Positions 17,994 through 26,617 of a stretch of DNA of 43,211 nucleotides are shown in pieces. Position 1 is the stretch's first letter. Each line of letters begins with the position of its first letter. The position numbers and the translations under genes were made by a program. The notes below the pieces were generated by a model. It was not told the DNA's origin and made no database searches. It worked only from the letters and a program-made list of their open reading frames with translations. Origin of the DNA: Gemmatimonadota bacterium (GTDB taxonomy: Bacteria > Gemmatimonadota > Gemmatimonadetes > Gemmatimonadales > Gemmatimonadaceae); NCBI GenBank assembly GCA_031372565.1, contig JANMLN010000085.1:1-43211 (forward strand), read 5' to 3'.

Positions 17994-19418
17994 ATGACAC
18001 CATCTTTCCGACTCCTGCACGATGCCGCCGGCACCGTGCCGCCGACCCAGCGTCGGCTCCTGCTCGTGAGCCACGCCTTCGCCCCGTCGCGCCTCGTTGG
18101 CGCGCTGAGGTGGACACGCGCCGTGCAGCTGCTGGCAGACTCCGGCTTCGGGTTTGATGTTGTCTCGTGCGCGCCGTCCGCCGCGCTGGCAACGGAGCGA
18201 GGCATGCTGGAGTCGCTCCCGGCAGGGACCCGCGTCTTCGGCGTCGATCCGCTCGAACCGGGACCGTGGCGGCGGCTGCAGACGGGTCTGGGTACCGCGG
18301 TGCGGTGGCGTCGAGCCCTCGGCCAATCCTCCAGGTCCGACGCGCCGAGCGTCGGCGCCGAGCGGGCACCGACGTCGCCGACCCCTCCACCTCGGAGCAG
18401 GCCGTCGCTCGTACGTGATGCCGTACGCGCCCTCAGCTTCCTGGCGCAGGACGAAGACGAGGAGCGGTGGGCACGCACGACCTGCCGCTTGCTTGGCGAG
18501 GCGCTGGATCTGTCCAGCTATGCGGTGATCGTGTCGTCGGGGCCGCCCCATGCCGTGCACCAGCATCTGGACGTGCTCGCTCAACGCGTGGGGCGGCCGC
18601 ACGTCGTCGACCTGCGCGACCCCTGGACGCATTGGAGCTGGGTCGACGGGTCGAAAGAAAGCCCGCTCTTTCTCGAGCGTACCCGTCCACGACAGGCTGC
18701 CGTCATGCGTGCCGCGGCGCTCGTGACCACCACCTCGGACCGACAGACCGCCACGCTGCGCGCCGCGTATCCGGACGTGGCCGAGCGCATTCACACCATT
18801 CTCAACGGCACGGACGACACGCCGCTGCCCGCATCGACCGACGATGGCGTCTTTCGCATCGCCTTCACGGGAGTGCTCTACGTCGATCGCAATCCGGCCA
18901 CGCTGTTCCGCGCCATCCGCCTGTTCGTGGACGCGGTGGCGGCCTCGCCCGCCGAGGTCCGCGTCGAGTTCATGGGGAACGTCGAGACCTTTGGCAATCG
19001 CCGCGTGCAGGACATCGCCCTGGAGGCGGGCATCGCGCCGTGGCTGACGCTGACCCCTCCCCAGCCACGAGCCGAGGCGATGGCGCTCCTCGCGCGGTCA
19101 CACGTGTTGATCAGCTTTGCCGAGCAGTTGAACGAGACGATCGCCGCCAAGGTGTTCGAGTACGCGCGCTTCCCCGCGTGGCTCCTCTTGGTGGGCCCCG
19201 AGGACAGCACGACCCACGACCTGCTGCGGGGCAGCGAGGTGCTCACGGCCGCCTCCGAGGACGTCGAGGGGCTTGCCGCGAAGCTCAGGGGCGCCTTCGA
19301 CCACTGGCGGCGCGACGGCCGTCCCCGCCCGATCGCCGAGCTGCTGCCGCTGTCGCGCTCGACGCAGGTCGCACGGCTCGCGACGCTCCTTGAACGACTC
19401 ACTCGCGCGGACGCGTGA
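17994..19418 (+). CDS. Glycosyltransferase family 4-like
   Basis: LLVSHAFAP..VGALRW, SSGPP, VDLRDPW, ILNG.D, FTGVLY, AKVFEY. Start is ATG 17994 or GTG 17943. Confidence 0.82.
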   Translation: MTPSFRLLHDAAGTVPPTQRRLLLVSHAFAPSRLVGALRWTRAVQLLADSGFGFDVVSCAPSAALATERGMLESLPAGTRVFGVDPLEPGPWRRLQTGLGTAVRWRRALGQSSRSDAPSVGAERAPTSPTPPPRSRPSLVRDAVRALSFLAQDEDEERWARTTCRLLGEALDLSSYAVIVSSGPPHAVHQHLDVLAQRVGRPHVVDLRDPWTHWSWVDGSKESPLFLERTRPRQAAVMRAAALVTTTSDRQTATLRAAYPDVAERIHTILNGTDDTPLPASTDDGVFRIAFTGVLYVDRNPATLFRAIRLFVDAVAASPAEVRVEFMGNVETFGNRRVQDIALEAGIAPWLTLTPPQPRAEAMALLARSHVLISFAEQLNETIAAKVFEYARFPAWLLLVGPEDSTTHDLLRGSEVLTAASEDVEGLAAKLRGAFDHWRRDGRPRPIAELLPLSRSTQVARLATLLERLTRADA

Positions 19419-19524
19419 CGGTCGGACTCAATGGTCGCCCAGCCCGCGCGCGGTTAGCTTTCGCGGCGATGACCGCCGCGCCCTCGTCCCCACGCGTTAC
19501 CCCCGCCCCGCCAGTCCGCGTTAC

Positions 19525-21432
19525 ATGTGCGGCATAGCGGGCTTTGCGGGGTGGCGGCTCGATGCCCCCTCCGCCGCCGACACGGTCCGCGGGATGTGCG
19601 ACGCGATCGCGCATCGCGGCCCTGACGACTGGGGGTCGTTCATCGCGCCTGGCGTCGCCCTCGGCATGCGACGGCTCAGCATCATCGATGTCGGCGGCGG
19701 ACACCAGCCCATCGGAAACGAAGACGGCTCGGTGCAGGTGGTGTTCAACGGTGAGATCTACAATCACCGGCAGCTGCGCGCCGAACTGGAAGGGCACGGC
19801 CATCGATTCACCACGCGCTCGGACACGGAGACGATCGTCCACGGCTACGAGCAGTGGGGCGACGACGTGGTGCAGCGGCTGCGCGGCATGTTCGGGTTTG
19901 CCGTGTGGGACTCGAAGCGCCAGCGTCTGCTCGTCGCGCGCGACCGCGTCGGCATCAAGCCGCTGTCGTACTGGGAGCACGAGGGTGGCGTCGCCTTCTG
20001 CTCCGAACTGCGCTCGCTGCTGGCGCTCGATCGATTCCGGCCGGTCGTCGACGACACCGCCGTGGGCCGCTACCTCGCGTTCGGCTACGTCCCCGATCCG
20101 CTGAGCATCTTCAAGGGGGTCCGCAAGCTGCCGCCGGGACACCGGCTGAGCTGGAGCGCCGCCGACGGGGTGCGCGTCAGCCGGTGGTGGCATCCGCAGC
20201 GGCCTGAGCGCCTCGACATCACCGAGAGCGAAGCCATCGGAGAGGTGACGCGCCTCCTGGCCGACGCGGTCGAATCGCATCTGGAGTCCGAAGTGCCGCT
20301 CGGCGCGTTCCTCTCCGGCGGCCTCGATTCGTCCACCGTGGTCGCCCTCATGGCGCGCGCGATGAGTCGGAAGGTGCAGACCTTCTCGATCGGCTTCGAC
20401 GACTCGGAGTTCAACGAAGCGCCCGATGCGGCCATCGTGGCGGGCATCATCGGCACCGACCACACGGAGCTCATCGTCCAGCCCGACGCCGATGCCCTCT
20501 TCGACGGTCTCGTGGCCGCCTTCGACGAGCCGTTCTCCGACTCTTCGGCCATCCCGACCTATCTGGTCGCGGAGCTGGCGCGGCGCACCGTCACGGTCAG
20601 TCTCTCCGGAGACGGCGGCGATGAGCTCTTCGGCGGCTATACGCGCTACCTCGACGTCATGAAGCGAGGCGTGTTGCCCGCCCCCGTCCGGAGCGCCGCG
20701 CGGGCCGCAGCACTGGCCCTGCCGTTCGGGGCGTTCGGCCGGGGCCGCCTGCTCGACCTTGGCCGGTCCCGCCGCGGCCGGTACACCAGCACCGTGGCGC
20801 TGCCGACACGTCGAGAAGAGGGCGGCATCGCGCGCGAAGCGGTCGCCGCGACAACGGGCGCGTTTGAACAGCTCCTCGACCCGACCTTCAATTTGTCCTC
20901 TGCGCGTGACTTCTTGACGCAGATGACATTCGTGGACCTCGACACCTACCTGCCGGGCGACATCCTCACCAAGGTCGATCGTACCTCCATGGCGGTGTCG
21001 CTCGAGGCGCGCGTCCCGCTGCTCGACCACCCGCTCATCGAATTCGCCGCGTCATTGCCCTCCTCGATGAAGGTGCGTGACGACCGCGGCAAGTACATCT
21101 TCCGCCGCGCGATCGAACCCCTGCTGCCGCCCGTGGTGTTCACGCGCCCCAAGCGCGGCTTTGCGGTGCCACTCGCCCGGTGGTTCCGCGGTCCGCTGGC
21201 CCACCGGCTCGACGCCATCGCGCGCCCGGACTCTCCGGCAGGCCGCTTCATCGATCCCTCCGCGCTGCGTCGCGTGATCAGCGAGCACCGGCGTCAGCGC
21301 CGCGATCACAGCCCGCTCCTCTGGAACGCGATCGTGCTCGACCTGTGGCTCGGACATCTGGCCAGCGGCCGCCTCGCACGCCGCACCTGGCCCTCGCTCG
21401 TCGATCGCCCACCCGCCATCGGCCGCGCGTGA
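19525..21432 (+). CDS. asnB: AsnB-type glutamine amidotransferase 2
   Basis: True start is ATG 19525 (MCGIAG); HRGPD, MRRLSIID, FNGEIYN, LSGGLDSS, SGDGGDELFGGY, KVDRTSM, EARVPLLDH. Confidence 0.95.
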   Translation: MCGIAGFAGWRLDAPSAADTVRGMCDAIAHRGPDDWGSFIAPGVALGMRRLSIIDVGGGHQPIGNEDGSVQVVFNGEIYNHRQLRAELEGHGHRFTTRSDTETIVHGYEQWGDDVVQRLRGMFGFAVWDSKRQRLLVARDRVGIKPLSYWEHEGGVAFCSELRSLLALDRFRPVVDDTAVGRYLAFGYVPDPLSIFKGVRKLPPGHRLSWSAADGVRVSRWWHPQRPERLDITESEAIGEVTRLLADAVESHLESEVPLGAFLSGGLDSSTVVALMARAMSRKVQTFSIGFDDSEFNEAPDAAIVAGIIGTDHTELIVQPDADALFDGLVAAFDEPFSDSSAIPTYLVAELARRTVTVSLSGDGGDELFGGYTRYLDVMKRGVLPAPVRSAARAAALALPFGAFGRGRLLDLGRSRRGRYTSTVALPTRREEGGIAREAVAATTGAFEQLLDPTFNLSSARDFLTQMTFVDLDTYLPGDILTKVDRTSMAVSLEARVPLLDHPLIEFAASLPSSMKVRDDRGKYIFRRAIEPLLPPVVFTRPKRGFAVPLARWFRGPLAHRLDAIARPDSPAGRFIDPSALRRVISEHRRQRRDHSPLLWNAIVLDLWLGHLASGRLARRTWPSLVDRPPAIGRA

Positions 21433-22583
21433 CCCTGTCCGACGTGCGACCGATCCGCGTCATGTTCGCGATCGACAGTCTGGCCGTCGGCGGTACCGAA
21501 ACGAACCTCCTCCGGGTTGCCCTGCAGCTCGATCGCGAGCGCTGTCCCGTCACCGTGGTCTACGCGCGCCCCGGTGCGCTGCTGGCCCGGCTGCAGGCGG
21601 CCGGTGTGCCCGTGGTGCAGCGCCTGCAGCCGTCGTTCAAGTCACCCTCACTCTGGCGCGCCGTGCGCGAGTATCGCGCCTGGCTCACGGATCACGCGGT
21701 CGACGTCCTGCACACCCATGACGTCTACAGCAATCTCTTCGGCGCCCTCGCCTACCAGCGTTCCGGCCCCTGGCGGCTCCTCGTCAGCCGTCGCTGGGGG
21801 ATCCGCCAGTACAGTCGGGCGCTGCACTGGGCCAATCGCTGGGCCTTCGGCCGCGCTGACCTGGTGCTCGGCAATTCGGCCAGCGTCGGCCGCTCGCTGG
21901 CCGATGACGAGGGGGTCGCCCGCGACAAGATCGTCGTGATCCCGAACTTCGCGGACGACGCGGTCTTCGCCCCGACCGCCGACCCCGCAGCGCTCCGCGC
22001 CGAGCTCCGCGTGCCGGCCGAGGCGATGGTCATCGGCATCATCGCCAACCTCTCACCGGTCAAGAACCACGGGCTGCTGCTGGACGCCGTCGCGGCGTGG
22101 CCAGCCTCGCTCCGGGCGCCACATCTGGTGCTCATTGGCGACGGGCCGGAACGGCCCGCATTGGAAGCACGCGCGGCGGCACTTGGGTTGCGCGACCGGG
22201 TGCACTTCGCCGGACTGATCCCGCAAGCGTCGCGCTATCACGCCGCGTTCGACGTGTCGGTCCTGACGTCGCACTCCGAGGGTTTTCCCAACACGCTCGT
22301 CGAAGCGATGGCCGCGGGTCGACCCGTCGTTGCGACCGACGTCGGCGGCGTCCGGGACGCGGTCGTCGATGGCACCACCGGGTTCATCGTTCCCGCGGGC
22401 GACGTCGCGGCACTCACGGAGCGCCTCGCTCGACTGGTCGCCGACCCCGCGTTGCGCGCCCGCATGGGAGCCGCGGGTGCCCGGCACGCGAACGCCGAGT
22501 TTCGCGCCGCAACCGTGCTGCCGAAGCTGGAGGCCGTCTATCGTCGGCTGGTGGCGCTGCGGCCGGCCATCTCGCCTCCCTGA
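21429..22583 (+). CDS. Glycosyltransferase family 4
   Basis: GTGA overlap with asnB2; IDSLAVGGTE, NLSPVKNH, SEGFPNTLVEAMAAGRPVVATDVGG. Confidence 0.92.
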   Translation: MTLSDVRPIRVMFAIDSLAVGGTETNLLRVALQLDRERCPVTVVYARPGALLARLQAAGVPVVQRLQPSFKSPSLWRAVREYRAWLTDHAVDVLHTHDVYSNLFGALAYQRSGPWRLLVSRRWGIRQYSRALHWANRWAFGRADLVLGNSASVGRSLADDEGVARDKIVVIPNFADDAVFAPTADPAALRAELRVPAEAMVIGIIANLSPVKNHGLLLDAVAAWPASLRAPHLVLIGDGPERPALEARAAALGLRDRVHFAGLIPQASRYHAAFDVSVLTSHSEGFPNTLVEAMAAGRPVVATDVGGVRDAVVDGTTGFIVPAGDVAALTERLARLVADPALRARMGAAGARHANAEFRAATVLPKLEAVYRRLVALRPAISPP

Positions 22584-22625
22584 TCGCGCGCTCCTCGCCG
22601 CGGCGAGAACGGGACCAGCGTCAGG

Positions 22626-24092
22626 CTAGCGCCCGACCCGTCCCGACCGGCGCGGCACTCCGATCGGCGCCGGTGCCATCGCCCCACCGGCTCCCGCCAC
22701 GGCGGCCTCGGCAAGCGGCACGTAGATCGCTTCAAACAGGAAGAGGATGGCGACGTAGATCCAGGTGAACGCGAACTTCTGGTACGTGCCCCAGATCCCG
22801 GCCACGAGGAAGGCCGCGAAACCAAGTCCGAGGAACTGAAGCTGCATCGCAATGGGCGGCGACCACGCCCGGATCTTCTTCACGGCCCGCAAGGTACGAC
22901 GGAACGCGAGCAGCCAGGCGCACACGAGAAAGGTCAACCCGATCACGCCGTTCTCTGCCAGCGCGTTGAGATACGTGCTGTGCGTGTCGCGTGCGCCCTT
23001 GGCGATGGATGGCAGGTCGGGGGAGCGCGCATACTCGCGGTGTACCAGTCCGTACGCGCCATACCCGATGCCCGTGATCGGGAAGTCGGAAATGATCGCG
23101 CGCGCGACTTTCCAGATGGCATAGCGCTGCTCGGCCGAGCCCTCTTCGTCGACGCCGGCCATGTCGGCCGAGGACCCGATCTTCAGCAGCGTCGCGAGTC
23201 GATCCCACGTTCGCGATGGGGCGACCGAAGCGATCACGGCCATCAGGACGGCATACACGGCGAGCGTGCGCGGCCTCGGACGTTGGATGATCAACATGAG
23301 CAGCAGCAGGACGCCCAACGCCACGGCGGCGCCCCGCGACTGCGTGAGCAACACCACCACGACCAGACCAAACATCTGCACGGCAGCCCCGAGCCAGATC
23401 AGTCCTTTCCGCTCAGTGGCCAGCACACCGGCGCACATGGCCATCGGCATGAGACACATGCCCGCGAGGTCATTCGGATTCGCGAACGCGAAGTTCCAGG
23501 CAACGCGCCCCTGCACCGTGTTGTTGTTCATGTAGTTCACGAACGCTCCGCGCATCGGAAAGAAGGCGAAGAGGAACAGCCAGGCGAAGATGAAGAGCCG
23601 GAGGTGCGCCGGGGTGCGCAGCACGTTGCAGGCAACAAGGAAGATGACCGAGAGCTTGAACCCCTCCTGGACCGCGCCAGCGGTCGTGTCCGGATACCGC
23701 CCGCTGAAAATTCCGAAGATCGCAATGCCCATGAAGACGGCATGCAGCACCCATTCCGTCGGCGCGCGAAACTTCCCGCCCATGAACAGCATGCCGGCGA
23801 CAGCGGCCCCGACGGCGACCTCGCCGATCGGCGTGGCACCGCGGTGGATCGTGTAGCTATACGCGATCAGGCCAACCACGCCGAGCGTCCACTGCATGCC
23901 GGCAAATGGATTCCTTGGCGGGGACTCCCACATTTGCACCGCAGCCGCCGGTCCCGCCAACTGTCCGGTGGGAGCAACAGCGGCTTGGGGAGGCTGGGTA
24001 GCCCCGGCCCAGCCAGCGCGGGCGCGGGCCTGCGAGGCGCGAGAACGCCAGCCGGAGGGAGGAGCAGTCACGTGGTGGGAGTCGAGTCGCAA
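22626..24092 (-). CDS. Wzy_C / O-antigen ligase family membrane protein (putative polymerase or ligase)
   Basis: FANPNDLA, LTQSRGA, SAEQRYAIW, PITGIGYG, DTHSTYLNALAENG; multi-TM; start uncertain. Confidence 0.88.
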   Translation of the reverse strand: MRLDSHHVTAPPSGWRSRASQARARAGWAGATQPPQAAVAPTGQLAGPAAAVQMWESPPRNPFAGMQWTLGVVGLIAYSYTIHRGATPIGEVAVGAAVAGMLFMGGKFRAPTEWVLHAVFMGIAIFGIFSGRYPDTTAGAVQEGFKLSVIFLVACNVLRTPAHLRLFIFAWLFLFAFFPMRGAFVNYMNNNTVQGRVAWNFAFANPNDLAGMCLMPMAMCAGVLATERKGLIWLGAAVQMFGLVVVVLLTQSRGAAVALGVLLLLMLIIQRPRPRTLAVYAVLMAVIASVAPSRTWDRLATLLKIGSSADMAGVDEEGSAEQRYAIWKVARAIISDFPITGIGYGAYGLVHREYARSPDLPSIAKGARDTHSTYLNALAENGVIGLTFLVCAWLLAFRRTLRAVKKIRAWSPPIAMQLQFLGLGFAAFLVAGIWGTYQKFAFTWIYVAILFLFEAIYVPLAEAAVAGAGGAMAPAPIGVPRRSGRVGR

Positions 24093-24140
24093 CGCATGCT
24101 GAGCGAAGCATCGGCCCCAAGCCGATGATTCCGCAGCCGT

Positions 24141-24149
24141 ATTCTATCA
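24141..24149 (-). promoter_or_regulatory. Candidate extended -10 promoter for the wzy-like gene
   Basis: Minus strand reads TGaTAGAAT about 50 nt upstream of the ORF. Confidence 0.45.
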
Positions 24150-24222
24150 CAACACGACGGGGGTGGGGGGCACGTCACCGGCGGCACCGGCGCGCCGTGC
24201 GCACGACCGTCAGGAGCGACGC

Positions 24223-25098
24223 CTACCAGCCGCCCCGGCGCAGCAGCATGACCGGAATCGTCTTGGCCATGATCGCGATGTCGGTGAAGATCGTCGAGCT
24301 GCGGAGGTACTCGAGGTCGTAGCGGACCTTGATGCGAACGCCGTCGATGCAGGTGTCGTACGTGTGATTGATCTGCGCCCACCCCGTGATCCCGGGCTTC
24401 GCCAAGGCGCGGAGGCGATACTCCGCAATGTTCTCCGAGAGTTCGACAAAGATCTGGGGGCGCTCGGGACGCGGGCCGACGATGTTCATGTCGCCCTTGA
24501 CCACGTTGAGCAGCTGCGGGAGTTCGTCGAGACGCGACTTGCGGAGGAAGGCGCCAATCGGGGTGACGCGCGGGTCGTTCTGCACGGCCCATACGGCCTG
24601 ACCGCCGACCTCGGCGTCGGTGCGCATCGAGCGGAACTTGTAAATCGTGAAGAGCGAGCCCCCGCAATTGCTGCGGCGGCGGTTGTCCAGGGCGCGGTCC
24701 TTGGCCCGGCGGCGATCGCGGCCCACGCGGGTCTGCGTGTACAGCGCCGGTCCGGGCGAGGTGAGCTTCACCGCCAGCGCCGTCAGGAGCATGAGGGGAG
24801 CGACCAGTACCAGCGCCGCGCCTGCGATGACCACGTTGACGGCCCGATCGAGCGACTCGTTTCGCGGCCGCGGCTCGAACTCGGCAATCGCGCTCGGCGT
24901 CATGTTCAGCGGCGCTGGCGGCGCGGCGCGCATGCCGGCCGAGGCGCGAGTGTCACCGATTGCGACGGCCGCGGTGCTGCCGAAGGCGGTCGCGCTGCTT
25001 GAGGCTGAGCGGTGAGTGTCCATGATCGTCCGAGGGGGTCGTCGTTGCGGCTGCCGAGTCGGGAGATCGAAGTCTCGCCTGACTGCGGACTTCTCCAT
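24223..25098 (-). CDS. Priming (initiating) sugar-phosphate transferase, Bac_transf family
   Basis: [68 protein letters not shown]. Start uncertain. Confidence 0.93.
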   Translation of the reverse strand: MEKSAVRRDFDLPTRQPQRRPPRTIMDTHRSASSSATAFGSTAAVAIGDTRASAGMRAAPPAPLNMTPSAIAEFEPRPRNESLDRAVNVVIAGAALVLVAPLMLLTALAVKLTSPGPALYTQTRVGRDRRRAKDRALDNRRRSNCGGSLFTIYKFRSMRTDAEVGGQAVWAVQNDPRVTPIGAFLRKSRLDELPQLLNVVKGDMNIVGPRPERPQIFVELSENIAEYRLRALAKPGITGWAQINHTYDTCIDGVRIKVRYDLEYLRSSTIFTDIAIMAKTIPVMLLRRGGW

Positions 25099-25335
25099 GC
25101 ACCTCGCGTGCTCAACTTCCAGTGCTTCGGATTAGCAACGTAAATGTATACTGTATAACACTTTATGTCGTACTGTCTCAACACTAAACACAATCCGCTA
25201 GTGTCGAGTTGTGGTGTCGGTGCTACAGAATTCCTGCGCGTTCGCATCACTCGCGGCCGAAGATGGACGCGCAAGAACGATGAGCGTACCATGCTGATCG
25301 GTTCAAGAGTGCAGCATTCTCGGCATGATTCGATT

Positions 25336-25351
25336 TGTGATGTATCGCACA
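25336..25351. promoter_or_regulatory. CRP/FNR-family-like dyad
   Basis: TGTGA-tgtatc-GCACA, one mismatch to TGTGA-N6-TCACA, in the middle of an AT-richer divergent intergenic region. Confidence 0.45.
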
Positions 25352-25452
25352 AGCTGTTGACCCGTCAGTGGATAGGTGATGCGTTGCACTGTTGCGTGCG
25401 CGCCTGTTACGGTCATAATGACGGATCGCAACATTCGTCGGAACGTCAAGTA

Positions 25453-25465
25453 TTTCAACAGCTTG
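25453..25465 (+). promoter_or_regulatory. IHF-like site
   Basis: TTTCAA-cagc-TTG versus WATCAA-N4-TTR, one mismatch. Confidence 0.3.
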
Positions 25466-25587
25466 GGCCAAAAACGAACAGGTGCATGCATCTTGCGTAA
25501 GCATTGTGTCACGTAGGGCCACACGCGGATCCCAGTTCAGGCCGCGTTCGGCAACCCGCGCAACCCAGTCAACCGGCGCGTCACGCA

Positions 25588-26532
25588 ATGTCCGATAGCC
25601 GCTCCCTCCGCCCGCCAGTCGTCCTGGTCGCTGACAACCAGGAATGGTCGCTCCGGTCCATCGAGAGCATCCTCGGACCGGAGGGCTACGCCGTTCTCCG
25701 CGCCTTCAGCGGACAGCAGACGATCGACTTGGCCCGGGTCATCCAGCCCGACGTCATCATCATCGAGTCGTCCATGCATGACATGACGTCGGTGCAGATC
25801 TGCGAGGCCCTCCGGGCTGACCCGCAGGTGGGACCCAGCATTCCGATCGTGATCGCCACGACGCGCCTGGAGGCGCGGAGCGAGCGCATTGCGGCGCACC
25901 GTGCGGGCGCGTGGGAAGTCTGGGGACAGCCGCTGGACGCCGAGCTCCTGCTGCTGCGCCTCGAGAACTATGTGCGCGCCAAGCGCGAGATCGACCGGGT
26001 CCGCGAGGACAGCATGGTGGACGCCACCACGGGGCTCTACAGCCCACGTGGATTGGCCAAGCGCGCCCGCGAGATGGGAGCGGAAGCCGTCCGCCGCAAG
26101 GTGGGCATGGCCGCCGTCGCCGTGACCGCGCACGCCCCCGCCAGCGTCGTGGGCGACGAGTTCGCTGCGGCCTTGGTCGACCAGATGGCGGACATCCTGC
26201 GTCGCTGCTCGCGCCTCTCCGACGCCATCGGTCGCGTGGGACAGTCCGAATTCGCCATCGTCGCGCCGGCCACCGAGAACGAGGGGGTGCTCCGCCTGCT
26301 CGAACGGTTGCGCGTCGCAGTGGAAGCCCACCCGGTCAGCTTCGGTGGCATCGAGCGGCCGCTGCTCATGCGGGCTGGCTATTGCGCCGTGCCCAACCTC
26401 GAGACCTCCACGGTGGATATCGACGAGATGCTCCTGCGCGCCACCAAGGCGCTGCAGTACGCGCGCTCGACCGAAGGCGCCCCCCAGCAGGTCAACGCCC
26501 TCCTCGACCTGCCGGTCAAGTACCTGCAGTAG
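25588..26532 (+). CDS. Pseudo-receiver plus degenerate GGDEF protein
   Basis: Start ATG 25588; REC fold VVLVADN...PDVIIIE...IPIVIAT; DATTGL; RLSD-AIGRV-GQSEF. Confidence 0.85.
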   Translation: MSDSRSLRPPVVLVADNQEWSLRSIESILGPEGYAVLRAFSGQQTIDLARVIQPDVIIIESSMHDMTSVQICEALRADPQVGPSIPIVIATTRLEARSERIAAHRAGAWEVWGQPLDAELLLLRLENYVRAKREIDRVREDSMVDATTGLYSPRGLAKRAREMGAEAVRRKVGMAAVAVTAHAPASVVGDEFAAALVDQMADILRRCSRLSDAIGRVGQSEFAIVAPATENEGVLRLLERLRVAVEAHPVSFGGIERPLLMRAGYCAVPNLETSTVDIDEMLLRATKALQYARSTEGAPQQVNALLDLPVKYLQ

Positions 26533-26557
26533 TCTGCGCACCGCGCCACGTACGCAT

Positions 26558-26594
26558 CGAGGGGCGGAGCACCGGATCGGTGCCCCGCCCCTCG
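26558..26594. terminator. Hairpin between convergent genes, probable bidirectional terminator
   Basis: cgaggggcggagcaccg-gat-cggtgccccgcccctcg, a 17-bp stem with one mismatch. Confidence 0.65.
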
Positions 26595-26617
26595 CGCCTT
26601 TCCGGAAGCGCCGTGTC

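Noticed and set aside
25482..25497. Sigma54-like GTGCATG-CATC-TTGCG upstream of the REC-GGDEF gene
   Set aside because: The invariant -24 GG is TG at the required spacing; the nearest GG is 12 nt from the GC.
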